64,000 bases of DNA, taken from the NCBI GenBank assembly GCA_001949185.1, contig BDGG01000007.1:2128730-2192729 (forward strand), given 5' to 3'. The notes beneath the pieces were generated by a model, which was not told the DNA's origin, made no database searches, and saw only the letters and a program-made list of their open reading frames with translations. Positions 1-12,260 of this stretch are shown here, piece by piece (positions within the stretch are counted from its first letter, which is position 1; every line of letters begins with the position of its first letter). Position numbers and translations under genes: made by a program. The DNA comes from Ramazzottius varieornatus. Lineage: Eukaryota > Animalia > Tardigrada.

Positions 1-1479
1 GGCAGGTAGGAAGCAGCAGTCACACCCAGACAATTAGCTGATCAAGGACCACAGCATCTGCAGCTGGGTTTCGGCTACCAAATGACCCTTTTCTGACATG
101 AAACTTGAGAGAGTAGGGGCGTCGGATGGTAGCTTTGCCATACCTCGCCGTGGCTTAAAGTCTCAAGACACTGTTCGCCCTTTCGGGAAGATATCCCAGA
201 GAATTTCAGGGGTGATTAACAACTAAAACACCCGAGGCTGGGGGTTTGGTGTCAAAACGATTGTATGTGTAGTTCTTACGCTATGTGACGTTATTGTTGA
301 TGTCAAAATGTTTTCGGAAAAAACTTCAAACCTCTTTGGATCTTCCTGACGTGTCCGTTTGACCAGTAGTCAGTTGGCCAAATGGCTTCAACTTCGTGTC
401 CCTCGACGTTGGCTCATGTTACCTCATCAGCAGTTAAAAAAAGCCCCTGGGGGCCCAAAACTTCGAAACCGATTTCTGAACGATGGTGTTATTAGTTAAT
501 GTTCCGGAAATTAGGGCGCTGGAACCCAGCTGTATGGCCTTTCCTCTCCATGTTCTGTGCACTTTTCTCTGCTGGCCAGTTAGTTTACAACGGCCCTCTT
601 TATTTGCTGTGCACAGGTCAAGGTTAATTTGCTGTCACGGATCTCACCGGGTCGCTATAGCGTCTCCAGCTGTGGCGGTGTCATCATTGGTCCCTCCACT
701 ATTCTCACTGCTGCCCACTGTCTCACCAATCCCATAGCGGGCTCCTCTAGGTACCAAAAGGCCTTATAACCGTCAGCGGAAAGCTCGATCCATTATAACC
801 CATATTAGCCTATTCATATAAGCTGAGGCATGCGCTGTGACTCTGTAGGTCGGCAGTTTCTGCGGAAGACATCTCGGTCCACACCGGCGACTGGGCGACA
901 TCCAGCTGCAACAACGCAGAGCCTCCATCCTGCTCCGCTGACCACAGCGTCCGCAACTTGACCATCCACCCGGCTTACAAGGCCACAGTAAGCGACAACG
1001 ACCTGGCACTGCTCTCTCTGGACAAGGCAGTCAACTTGGCAGACCAGTGCAACTGCGCCCTCTGTCTGCGCAACGCCAGCCCCGCCATCGGTCAAAGCTG
1101 TATCGTCAGCGGAAGCGGCGATGACTTGGCCATGTCCGACCTGACCTCCTTCACCGCCCCCCGGTGGGCACCGCTGACCATCCGCCAAGCCAGCTTGACC
1201 ACCTCGGCTTGCGGCTTCAACATCGACGAAGAGACAGGACAACCCACGGATTTGGATCTCTTTTTGTGCGCTGGAGGCCTGCCAACGGAAAGAAGCTGTC
1301 AGGGTGACAGTGGTGGACCTTTAGTGTGCTACGATTTCTCATCCGCTTCCCATTACCTGGCCGGTGTCTACTCTTTCGGGCCGCCCTGTGGCCTCAATAT
1401 CGGAGCTATGTACAGCAGCATTGTCAAGTATTTGGACTGGATTGTTACCAGTAGCAACGGCGATGTCACTTTAGCATAG
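1..1479 (+). CDS. Trypsin-family (S1A) serine protease, 5'-truncated by the window edge
   Basis: Exons 1-5 ((T)GG CAG|GT = WQ), 617-750 (VKVNLL...CGGVIIGPSTILTAAHC) and 849-1479 (DNDLALL, CQGDSGGPLVC). Catalytic His, Asp and Ser motifs are all present. GT-AG junctions are in compatible phases. Confidence 0.92.
60..530 (+). repeat. Dispersed ~500-bp repeat in the protease intron; same family as the long inverted repeats at 15495-16060 and 18320-18830
   Basis: Shares blocks such as TTTGACCAGT(A/G)GTCAG, CTGTTC(G/A)...CCAGAGAATTT and GCCC(C/T)TGGGG with 15495-16060 and with the reverse complement of 18320-18830. Confidence 0.7.
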
Positions 1480-2083
1480 CTGACAATGTGCGCAAATTGT
1501 CTTGTTAAATGATTCAAAACGTTGTAGAGCATTTCTTGACTCTGCTCCCTTCGGTGTCAAAAGGATGTCACTCACGTATGCATACGCTCGTCTTCGGTAA
1601 CTGCATTGGCATCGTAAAGCTGCAGAGCCCGCAGACCGTGCATGCAGCCGTGCACTGTTGTATCCAGTCTGGTCATGAATTTCGTCCTTAACGATCAATC
1701 AAGCAACACAAGTCAACTGAAGTCTGATATTGAAAAACTGATATAAAAAGTAAGTTGAGAAAGCTCGTTTTTGCTACGAGGTGAAACTAGCGGAGTTGCC
1801 CATGTAAAATCGCATGATGGAGATGTCCACCCTCAGAAGTCTACACAGGTATGTGTTGGTTGAACTGGTAATCAGTTTACAGTGAGAGTTTGCCCACTTC
1901 CTAGTTGGCTGGTACGGTACAGCCGCCCAGCAGCATAATCCATTGCTCTTTGCAGCCCACGATGCGTACACCCACGTACGGTGTTAATTGTTTCTGCATA
2001 TCTGTACACATCAGAAGTGTAGGGTAAGCAAGTCAGATTCTATTGTGCCAAGATTTAGAAATTAGAAGTGTGTATTCTTCTGA

Positions 2084-3187
2084 ATGATGATGTACCCGAT
2101 GGACGTTTCACAGTCGCTTGGGTCGAACTGTACGGGTATCGGATCGAGTACTGTAAATAATGCTTCTAGTTCGACAGCTAATGGGTCCATGTCCCAGTCG
2201 ATATTGGCCCTTCGATTTTATCTGCTTTTGCTTCTAAGTTTGACCTTTGGACTCTTCAATCTTGTTTGCTTCGTCACTGTCTTGACTACGAAGAATTTGC
2301 GGGGCGGAGCGGGTATATTGCTGGGCCACATGATGCTAGTGGAGGCTACCATGTGTCTCCTGTTCTTTCCAATAAGCCAAGTTTTCGTATATGTTCATCT
2401 GCGCTCAGTCCCCACCTGCCGTATCTTCATGTTCTTTTTCGCTCTTGTCAACAACGTCGGCTTTTACAACATCTTAATCTTGGCCGTCAACCGTTTCATA
2501 GCCATCAACCTACCGTTACACTATCACAAGTTGTCGACAGCCAAGTGCAATGCCGCTTTCGTCTTGACCAGTTGGGTTGTCTGCATAACGCTTAATCTGC
2601 CCATGGAATTCAACGGTGGTGTTGGGCACTATGGAGTCAATCCTGTTTATGGAGGATGCATAACCGAGGTTGTAAGGCCAGAGCTCTTTGATTACAAAAC
2701 GTTACATTCCTACTTGGCTATTTATTTCCCGTTGGCCATGACTGGCCTTCTGTACGGCTGCGTGCTGCTCAAGCAGCTATCGAAGTGTAAGCGTATAACA
2801 CCGGCGTCGCAGATGACAACGAGGGAGGCAGGAATAATCAAGCGGAAACTAAGAATATTTTGGATGTTGCTAGTCTCGTATGTGCTCTATGCCTTCTGTT
2901 TCCTGACGTACCCTGTTCTTACCCGCGCCTTGCCGGATACTGTCTCCAAGTATCCAATGTTGCCTCTGTGGATTCTGCTTATCGTCGTCTGCGGCTATTT
3001 CGTTCATCCGGTGAGAGTTCTTCAAAGTCTCGACAGCTCTCTTCGCTGCTGCTGCACTACTCTGTGTCTTTATTGATCTGTTTAGATGTTCCTGATCACT
3101 ATGAGTAGCGATCACCGGAAAAGCCTGCGAGCGTTACTGCGCCGGCTGGTACTAGAACAGGGACCGACTCAGGATAGCCGCCGTTGA
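2084..3187 (+). CDS. Class A (rhodopsin-like) G protein-coupled receptor
   Basis: N-glycosylated N-terminus, seven hydrophobic segments, LAVNRFIAI (DRY variant), TM7 ending in HP. Exon 2084-3010, intron GTGAG...TTTAG, exon 3086-3187 (MFLITMSSDHRKSLRALLRRL..., helix 8, stop). Confidence 0.9.
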
Positions 3188-3784
3188 GATGAAGCATGCC
3201 TACAAGAAGTAACCTGCGGATGGCGCTAAAGAGATCTGCCGGAGCGCAGCCATCTACCATAGACATGTTTTCGGACAAAGTGTTCCTTCAGTTCAACATG
3301 CTTCGGAAATAAGCAGCAGCATCGGCGGGAAATGATCTTGAGAAATGACCACTTGACGGAGCGGCCCAGTATATCCAGACCAAACGCTACAGACAGAAAA
3401 GGTCAAAACTGACTGTAAAATGACCTCATCACAGGCCGCACTCTTCCATGGCGGACCTCGAGACATGTTGGTCAAGATCTAGAATCTTCCTCCTGCTCAT
3501 TCACAGTGTGTACTGCTTGTGTTGTACTAGCCTTCCAACTCAACCTAATTGGTACTTCGACTGAGATCTGGGCTTAGACCCACAGCTTTACAGTTTACAC
3601 TACATTGCGCAGCTCACCCTCCAGCGCGACAGAAGTGTAAACTTTGGACGACTCGCGGTCTTTGAATTCGTGTGAAATTGTCGTATGACAACTAACAAGC
3701 GGTTTCTGCTCATCTTGGTGGAGATTTTGGTCTAGAGTTTTGTGAAGATACCGTTTGTTTGCTCATCACTGACTTCACTTCACT

Positions 3785-3952
3785 TTACGCAACTGTCCCA
3801 AATGTGGGCATGAAGCAAACAGTGGGCAGCGGAGCGAAGACGGCGCGGGCCAGCTAAAGTTGTTCCAGTCAAATGTATTGATCGGAGCAATCTCGCTTTC
3901 GCTCCGCTGCCCACAGTTTTGTCCATGGCCACACATGGGGCAGGCGCGTGTA
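3785..3952. mobile_element. Small MITE-like inverted-repeat element
   Basis: GTGGGCAGCGGAGCGAA near 3822-3838 is mirrored by TTCGCTCCGCTGCCCAC near 3898-3914, with imperfect outer arms. Confidence 0.6.
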
Positions 3953-4109
3953 CCTACCTGTTACGGGCAAGTTCGAAAAGAAGTAAGTTCGAAGCAACTC
4001 TAATAAGCTGAGACAACTGAGCTTCAGGAGAAGCTTCACTTTAGTTACTCACAAAAAAGAAAAGGGCGGAAATTAACGAAACGAGAGCACTTCTTTGTTG
4101 GGTCGATTA

Positions 4110-4180
4110 AAGATCGCGCATCATTAATCGGTGTCTTGAGAAACTAAGGAGAAAAGAGGGCGTCGACCGGTGGGATCTCA
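4110..4180. repeat. Dispersed repeat fragment; inverted copy at ~16283-16352
   Basis: ATCATTAATCGGTGTCTTGAGAAACTAAG...GCGTCGACCGGTGGGATCTC resembles the reverse complement of GAGATCTCATCGGTCAACGCG...CTTAGTTTCTTAAGTACCGGTTAATGAT. Confidence 0.55.
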
Positions 4181-4564
4181 ACTAGAACATGGTCAGCAAC
4201 AGAAGCTTTATGAGCCAGGGAAATCAGGGAGGACCAACAAGCTAACGATGCATAACCGTGCTCATAGCTCTTTTTTCAATTCAGGGTCGATAAAAACCCT
4301 TCAATTTCAGATATTAGTCGAGCGCATATGGTACTTGTTTGTTCTCAACTAATCGTTAGGCTTTGAGGTATCGGGACGAACCATTTGTACCGACTGGATC
4401 CGACGGTCGAGTCATAACTTCAAGTCCAAGTTCGAATAGTTTTTTTAAAGCAAATTTTGACGAAAGAGTTGCCTATAAGACGCGCCTGGATGTGAGCTGT
4501 TGCGCAACGAGATCCTTCAAGTGGGGTGGAAAGGTGCATCTGTTAGAATGAATTTCATGGCATC

Positions 4565-4973
4565 ATGAATGCGATCAATCCTTCATACGCATTACCGATG
4601 ATTGATCATCGCCCTGGTGAAACAAAAGAGGATGATTTTCCGAGCCGTGCTCGTTCCTTGCTTGCTGTACTCTTTTTTGTTCCTGACACACGCCGTAATG
4701 ACTCGAGCTTTCTGCAAAATGGCCTCACAACATCCGATGCTTCCGCACTGGATGCAGGCTTTCGTCATCTGCGGATACTCCATTCATCCGCTAACCTTTG
4801 GACTAATGATGACAATCCAGGTGCAAACACCCAACTGCATACCCCTCAACAATGGAAAATCCTTTCCTTTTGCAGATACTGGGCAAACTGCTCGAACTTC
4901 CTTGCCGTACACGCAGGAAAAGGAAGTTTGGCCCAGTAAAAAGTTTGGGCCAAACGGAAAGACGGCAAACTAA
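4565..4973 (+). pseudogene. Degenerate C-terminal (TM6-TM7) fragment of a paralog of the upstream GPCR
   Basis: HAVMTRAFCKMASQHPMLPHWMQAFVICGYSIHPL aligns with YPVLTRALPDTVSKYPMLPLWILLIVVCGYFVHP of the 2084 gene. No TM1-5 is seen upstream, and there is an apparent frameshift near 4600. Confidence 0.75.
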
Positions 4974-6144
4974 AGATTCAACCGTAGAAAACTGCGAAAA
5001 GCTGAATGGGTGTGAATCACACATGTAAGTACGTACTTCCATTCCGCAGTTTCGGAACCGTCTGGCTAAACTTCCTTTTCGTACGTCAACGATTCGGCTC
5101 TTTTGGAGCGGGAAATGATCATTAAGGCCTGTTTTCCATCAAGACCGATAAAGATGAACGAAGTCTTCCTCGCTGTTCCTGTAGAGCACACCGGAGCATG
5201 GTTTCCTTCAAACTAATACAGCAAACTTCTAGTTTCAAGCCAGTGCAATTGGTACGACAGACAACAACCTCAGCACAGCCCACTCGTTTGAGGTCCGTAC
5301 ACTCTTCTTCCGTTTCTGTTTGCCACCGGCCAACCATCAGCCGTACAGCTTGCGAAAAACGAAAGAAAGTGACGTCGCATTCTACGGACAATCAGTTTTT
5401 ATCGAAAATCAAGCACTTGTCTGCTACCATATGTCATATGAAACGCGCCAGCTTTGCGAAGGCAGTTTCGTAAGCCGAACTGCCATGCCTTCACAATCCA
5501 TTTGAGTCGAGTGTTGCACTGTTGAACCCTATAGTTCTCTTCGAGGTTCTGGAATTTTTTTCTGTTTTCGAAGAGCCAAAAGTTAATGCAACTGGTAGCT
5601 TTTGTTGTTGCATTCGGATGAATAAACAATCAAAAAACTTCATGACGATGTGTTCGTTATGACTTTGCCAACTTGAATTGGAGGAATAGTGTACGGATCT
5701 CGAACGAGCAGACTGCTGAGGTTGTTGACTGTCGTACCAATTGCAATGCCCGTGACACACTGGCTTGAAACTAGAATGTCGCTCTGATATTATTCCGCAT
5801 CTGACGTTTTAAGCGTCAGATTGAAGAAAAAGGCTCTTAGGTGGTTGTATACGACCGCTTCAACAAGAAATGACTGAACTCGGAGACATACTTTTTTTTC
5901 CCTTGGGACGAAACTCAGAAGCCAAGTTCCGTGCTTCGTGGACATGCCGCAAAACTCATCGTGCACGTAATGAATCCCTGGTGAGGTTGCTGGGGGTAGC
6001 GTACCAGGAACACGGTTTAACTTTACGTGCGTGCATGACGTATCACTGTGTCGCGGCACGCTCATGAAGCACTGGACAGCGAAAGATGCCGAATTAATTT
6101 TGTTGTTGAAATTACGGAAACTTCTACGACAAAACTTTACGTCT

Positions 6145-6305
6145 GGAGCGCGCCTCCCGCACTGCAGCTGTGCTATGCTGCAGTACAGCTGCAGTGCGCA
6201 AAGTGACGCAATTTGTGTAACACAGCAGTGTGTAGCAGGGGGCCGAAGACTACCGTGCAGATCCACCTACCGAACCTAACAAATATTGAAGCTTTTGGGT
6301 TTCAG
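6145..6305. repeat. Dispersed repeat with a CTGCAG/GCTGTGC-rich core; inverted copy at ~21195-21355
   Basis: GACTACCGTGCAGATCCACCTACCGAACCTAACAAA matches the reverse complement of TTTGTTAGGTTCCGGTAGGTGCATCTGCACGGTAGTC. Confidence 0.7.
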
Positions 6306-6339
6306 GCATCTGACAAGGGGCATCTGCCTGTCCCGACGT

Positions 6340-6790
6340 CGCGACAGCCAAACCGTCCCGGCAAAACGATAGAAGAGAGTCTCGCTGTTCACCCACATGT
6401 GAAATCCAAAGAGTTCATGGACGAAGACCCGATGGTAAGATGATGGTTCCTTGGAAGCATGGGAAAGAATTAGCCTGGGATGTAACAATTGTGGACACGA
6501 TGGTGAAGTCATACGTCTGGAAAGAGGAGAAAGTTGGCAACCCAGCCGAAGATAGAGAGGGAAGGAAGGTCCAAAAGTGTCACAACATTGGCTCGCAGTA
6601 GCGGTTTGCTCCTCTCGGTTCGAAACGTGCGATTTGTGGAGACCTTCTGCTACAGAATTAGTGAATGCCACGGAAAAGACAGTTGTCTAATCTTGTGAAT
6701 CTCTCTCGCTCTACACTATTTGAAGCAACTTCGAAAGTCTTTTTTTGTTTTGGGGATACTCAACGCGACTAAAGCCTTAGATGAGGCCTT
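6340..6790 (+). mobile_element. 3' relic of a CRE/R2-group non-LTR retrotransposon (restriction-like endonuclease domain)
   Basis: Translates as HGRRPDGKMMVPWKHGKELAWDVTIVDTMVKSY...AEDREGRKVQKC...FAPL/FET. This matches the RPDG-x-PW-x-G-x-L-x-WD-x-T-x-DT, K..KY and P...ET motifs of RLE domains. Contains a stop and a frameshift. Confidence 0.75.
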
Positions 6791-7196
6791 TTTTTGTAAA
6801 GAAGGGAAAAGCGATTTCTTCTTGATTTTTTATTTTTGTCCAGTCTTCAAATTCTGCTTTTTTGAAGAAGCGTTTTGGGTGTCTGAATAAAACTTCCAGT
6901 CAGTGAAATCTTAATTTATATTCACAGAGATTTCCTACAAGGTTCCAGCAAGGCAACAGAAGAGCGCGAGCGACAAGCATCGCCCCAACATCAGACAAGT
7001 CTATAAAAGTTAAATAAACATAATCAAACCTTTTCCCAAACACTTCTTATCGTGTTATTCTCATCGTGTAAGTTTCCAACCTCCTGTAAGAAAGCAGAAC
7101 ATCGAAGCGCCATTACAATGCCAAAGCTAAAGGAGCGGGAAAAGCGAGAGGCTTTTGTAACTCAACTCAATAAGAGTAGTAAAAAGTAAAAGATGG

Positions 7197-10100
7197 TCAA
7201 GTCTGTCGGAGAGGCTGAGAATCGAGAGCGTAGATTCTATTCTTGAAGAGGAACTCGGCCACCTCATGGGGGATCTTTTGGATGCAGACTTCATAGTCGA
7301 CAAACTCAGGATCCCTGTCAGCATAGCTGATCAAGAAGGAGACGTCGTTGAGACAAGTAATACCGGCTTCCCTGGGCTTGAAGCCGGAGATGGCCACCAC
7401 CAGGCTGCCGCTCTCCAGGCCACTCTTACCGCTGGCCCCCATGTCGGCAATGAGGCTCTTGGCCCCCAGACACGTCAGCGTCGTGTTGACGTCACTGTGG
7501 GCGATAGTCTTGACGGGCATGGTGGCGAAGGGGTTGACTGGTCGCCTGACGGGCTGCACTGCTGGTGGCGGCGGCCGAAGGTGGACACTAGTGGGGATAT
7601 GCACAACTTGTTTGCTAAAGGTGACTGTGCGGCCTGTCTGTGTGCCGGAGCTGGAAGGGGAAGGAGCAGTGGCTAAGGGCCCACGGAAGGGCGGCGAACT
7701 GCCGGCAGCTAGGGAACGTTGCAGTGTACGCTTGGCTGTCATCAAGTTGGACAATATACGACTGGTGGTACTACTGCTCGAAGTAGCGCCTCGCACTGTG
7801 CTGCTGTATGTCGCTGGCCCACTCGGTGCGGCAATTTCCGGCGACGGCGGCAAACCTGAGAACGTACCTGTCTGAACACACATCACAAAGTCAGCAACAT
7901 TTTGAACTTGAATGAGAGGCCGCCCAAACGACTCGTGACGAGACTCTTTTACCCAAATGGCACACGTTTACAGCTATACCGGCTAGAAGTGTGCGCTACT
8001 TGGCAAACAACTTGTCCAGTTGCACAAGTGGCGCATGTTACCGGCCACTAACCGCAAAAACGTGCGCCACTGAGGAAAGTAATCTTGTACATTTCGTTTG
8101 TCGGCTTCTCAGCGACTAGTACGAAAAGACTGAATAAATAGCACCACCAGTTTGAAATTTGAGCTGGAGGAGCTTACCGGTGTCTTCTTTTGCGGTGGCA
8201 GCGGTGTGGTGACCGTCATGATGGGTCGCGGGCCGTTGATGGGTGCTTGCGAGACGACGGTGATGGGCGGTCGGGCTTTAATGGCTTTGATGGTGAAGAC
8301 ATTGCCCGAGGCGTTGGTCATGGTCACTTCCGGTGGCTTGGACAGTTGCACAGCTAGGCCGTTGCGGGAAGGGAAGCCCGTCGAAGTGTTCGGCTGGGAC
8401 GGAGTGGTGGAGGCTGTGATGGTGGAGATGGGCACTCGGCTAGAAGTGACGGGAGTCGAGCTGCTGTCGCCCTTCTGTTGAGGAGCCGCTCGTGCGACGG
8501 AAACAACGGCAGTGGATGGCTTGACTTGGGTCAGAGTCAAAGAATGATGCTTCGGCTGGCTGGAGGCTGGACCGACTGCCAACACCGTAAACGAACCTGA
8601 AAGAAACATCATTAATTCACACAGACAACTTTACTTTCGAACTTTAGTTATCTTTTCTCAGAATAATTGCTCATGAATATCCTTGAAGATTTTTTGTGAA
8701 ACTCAGTTTACAGTTCCGTAGTTCATTGTACTAAGATGTAAACATTCTAGGAGAATTTTGACGTGACACTGTCGCTTACTGGGGAAGTTGACGCTGCTTG
8801 TTGATGGAATGGCAGTCTGGCCGGAAGTAGCGGCCTCCTTCGTAGCGGCGACTACTTCCAGGGACTTGTCAGGTTCTTCGGCTGCGATGGTGGATTGTAA
8901 AGCTGACTTCTTCAGCGGTGAAGTCGACGACAAAGCCATCACGTCTTCGTCCAGTTCCTCCACCTCCCTCATGGCCGCTGAAATCCAAGCAAAGGACAAC
9001 ATATTCAAGGACCATTCACCAAGACATCGCTTTCCTTTTTTCCCCCACGAAAGTATACATCCCGAAAATGACGCTCCTCCAAAATTATGCTAGGGATGTC
9101 TATTCTGAATTTAATCTACCTTTGGGGTCCAGCGGTGTATCGGGAAGCTCGATGGTTGACATGGTACTTTGGTCGGTATCCATCGAGGTTTCTTCTTTCT
9201 CGTCCCCCTTCTTCCCACCTTCCTTCCCTTTCTCTTCTTTCTTCTCGCCTTCCACCGGCTGGCTTTTCTGGCTGTCCTCCTTCTTCGGCGGACCATCCGC
9301 CTCTTCCACCTCACCGCCTTCCGGCGTGGTGGACTGTGCCGACTTCCGGCCGCCGTTACCGCTGCCACTACCACCACCACCACCACCACCACCACCACCA
9401 CCACCACCTTCCCTGCCTGCCAACTTTCGCTTCTTTCTCCTTTCTCGGCGTTTCTGAGCACTACGCTGGGCCTCTTCCCTTTTGAATCTGATCCAAGCAT
9501 CGTTGTCGGTGGCGAAATGGCTCCTGGGTTCCCACGTCATCTCATCGTGTCCCAGCCACTTGACCAGGTAACGCGTACGCTTACCACCACCGTGAGTTGT
9601 CACCTGTCAAGTGTCAAAAAGCAACATTGTCAATAACCAATCCACTGAAAATCATACCCCAATATTCAAGAAAACCCTCTCTCTTCCAGTTCGAAATTAT
9701 TGTATCAATTTCCCTTCCATAGTGTACGATCTATCAGACATATTGTAAATATTCGCTGCATCCACGCAGTACGCTATCGTACACGTCGAGTACAGCCCTA
9801 ATCCAGTTCCACTGCTTGCACAAGCCCCTACGGGGATGCAGGCGTCACGTTCGTGTACGACTGCGCGGATGCAGCGAATATTCACAGTATTCAAAGTTTC
9901 GAGATTTTTCCAGATTTGAGTTTCTTTCTCAGCTGCGATGAAAATCATGTTTGAGTTGTCTTTCGCTGTAGTATGGAATGAGCTGAAATGGTCTTCTCAC
10001 CCTCTTTCGAACGATTCGCTCGACTTCATACTCGTCGTCAAAGGCCCGACGAGACTGTCCACTTTCATCTTTCTTGACGCGATTCTTGTCAGGTACCTCC

Positions 10101-10735
10101 GAAGAGATTCCACTGCTGGTGCTGGCTTCCATCTCGCTGGTATCATCGTCCTCCGTCATCAACGCCTCCTTTGAACTCTACAAACAAAGAGAAGTTTATA
10201 CAAAACTCTGACACTTGATGTTGAGGACGGTAATGCTTTCGGGGGAACATACGGAAGTGGCTGAGCGTGTGCTGCGTCGGGAGAGTGGTGGCGCAGGTGA
10301 GCCATTGGTCAGAGTCTTCTTCAGCGCACCACCCAACAAGGCCCGTCTTCGCTTCTGGGCACTTTGCGGACCACTAAACAAGTCCTTGTTCTTCTCAATC
10401 GTGCCATTCTTGATGGAAGACTGTGAGTGACTTCGCTTAAGAGGAGCCGGAAATTTGGGGCTGGGTAGCGCGGACGATGTGCTCGGACTGGGGCTGAGGC
10501 TGGGACTGGGACCGGGACCGTTCACCGTTTTTGGTGGCATGAAAATGTACGTAGCGTTGTCTGGTAAATTCAGCCCAGCTGCACGTGCTGTCTTAACCAG
10601 CGACCAGGCATCAGCTAGCTGAAAATCCTGTCTGGGCAGAGCTTGATCGACGAGAGACGGCGCAGGCTTCGGTGTACCACTTGATCCGACTGGCGCCTTC
10701 ATGTTCGCTGCTGATCCCGAGGCTTGACTGGACAT
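7197..10735 (-). CDS. HP1-like chromodomain protein with long disordered hinge and C-terminal chromo-shadow-like domain (~811 aa)
   Basis: Exons 10735-10253, 10177-10001, 9603-9120, 8977-8780, 8596-8178 and 7871-7197 total 2436 nt in frame. Chromodomain EYEVERIVRKR|V...RYLVKWLGHDEMTWEPRSHF. The C-terminal DVSFLISYADRDPEFVDYEVCIQKIPHEVAEFLFKNRIY resembles a chromo shadow domain. Confidence 0.8.
7991..8078. repeat. GTGGCGCAC/GTGCGCCAC palindromic motif array (also 17377-17519, 37221-37275, 48397-48520, 52520-52650)
   Basis: Alternating inverted 9-mer motifs with variable spacers, often followed by a GGAAA-like tail. Five clusters are visible in the window. Confidence 0.7.
9364..9407 (-). repeat. 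(GGT)n microsatellite encoding the poly-Gly tract of the chromodomain protein
   Basis: Direct (CCA)n run on the + strand. Confidence 0.9.
9741..9889. mobile_element. 149-bp TA-flanked MITE (Tc1/mariner-type), intronic copy
   Basis: Terminal arms TATTGTAAATATTCGCTGCATCC...GGATGCAGCGAATATTCACAGTA. A second full-length copy of the same length lies at 12112-12260. Confidence 0.8.
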
Positions 10736-12111
10736 CTTCAGTTATCCACTCCGTCACCGGAATATTCTGAAGAACGGAACACATATTAACATAGAAGCCA
10801 GTTAACGATAAGAATTATCGATGTTTACGTTCTGTTCAAATACGCGTTAGACAACTTGAACCGTCTGAGGTATCAATCAATTCGATAACGGCAGTAGGTG
10901 GCCGAAACCAACGCCATAGTTGGCACTCTTAGACAATGAGTAGGACTAAAGAATATTCGCGATTACACTGCGCGGATATGTCCTACCCGTACCGAACGGA
11001 TAGGCCATCATCCTACTCTGTCCACAACGCGTAGGTGAGTGAATAGGATTGAGTTAACCGTCAGGTCCTACTGTGCATATTTTGACATTTTACCACTTCT
11101 CCTGCAGTTTATCTCACAGATATCTTTCAGATGCGGTTTTTGACGGACGCAGGTAAATAACGATAGTCCAAATTTTTGGAAAACAAGTTTTGCGAAGATT
11201 AATCAGCGGGCAGAGGAGAAAACAGTGATCATACAGCTAGTGCCTCGAAAACGGGCAAAGAGGCTTAGCCTCACAGCTTCGAGTTTCCTTTGTCACTTTT
11301 ACTTACCGAAACGATATCCTAGGAGCAAGGTTGTGTGCAGTAGTCCAGGAATGAATTTCCAGCGGAAACGAGGGAAAAGAGTTCAAAATGATGCCAAAAA
11401 CAGCTGGCGCAGACTAACTTCAAAAGGCAACAATTGAACTGCATCTGGCGCAATGAACTGGCAAGCTACATCGTGTGCGATGCTCACAACATGCACTCAC
11501 TGATCTGTAGAGTCCGGTAAAAGGTTTAAGCACGGGTTGATTGTCAATCAACCCAAGTGACGTTTTCGCACGCTACAGGAGTCGTAGCACGACTCACTTG
11601 ACGGAGCACGAGCGAGTCACAGTAAGACTCCAGTATGCAGTATGTATGCAAGTCACGTGAAAATCATCGCATATGACACGTGGGACGCATCAAATCACAC
11701 AAGCTGCGTAGCTCTTGCACAGTAGCTAGTTGCACTTAGAGATGGGATAAGTGTGATTAAGTTCGGTGTGATATTTCCCGATTTGGTAAACTCTCAAACC
11801 GAATCGAAAATTTCAGTATGAAGTCCACACCAATATCTTCGATTTGATAAATGTGGAAGTGGGCGAAATTGTAAAGTGGGCCCCACTGAGGACGTCCTGT
11901 GGCTAGCTCGAGCAGTAGTCAGCAAGTCTGCTGATTTGGTCGCCACAAGACTTCCACACTTCGCCTTCGGACCCCGAAGTGACGCCTGCGTACGATGGTG
12001 TGACTTCGGCCAGTGTTCTTCCGATTGTGCAAACAATATTATTGAAATCACCTGACAACGTAAAGTCTACGGGAACACGTGGTAGAATCGAGAAATGAAA
12101 AAGATTCGGAT

Positions 12112-12260
12112 TACTGTAAATGTTCGATGCGTCCGCGGAAGACGTGATCGTACAAGTGAAGTACGGCCTCGGTCCGGTTGCACGGACTGCGCAACCCCCT
12201 ACCGAGGTGCATCGGCACGTATGTGTACGTACTGTGCGGATGCATCGAATATTTACAGTA
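12112..12260. mobile_element. 149-bp TA-flanked MITE, second copy
   Basis: TACTGTAAATGTTCGATGCGTCC...GGATGCATCGAATATTTACAGTA. The internal sequence is colinear with 9741-9889. Confidence 0.82.

Noticed and set aside
9087-9636. ORFs with poly-His, poly-Pro, poly-Thr or poly-Val tracts
   Set aside because: These are alternative-frame or antisense readings of the (GGT)n poly-Gly tract in the chromodomain gene.
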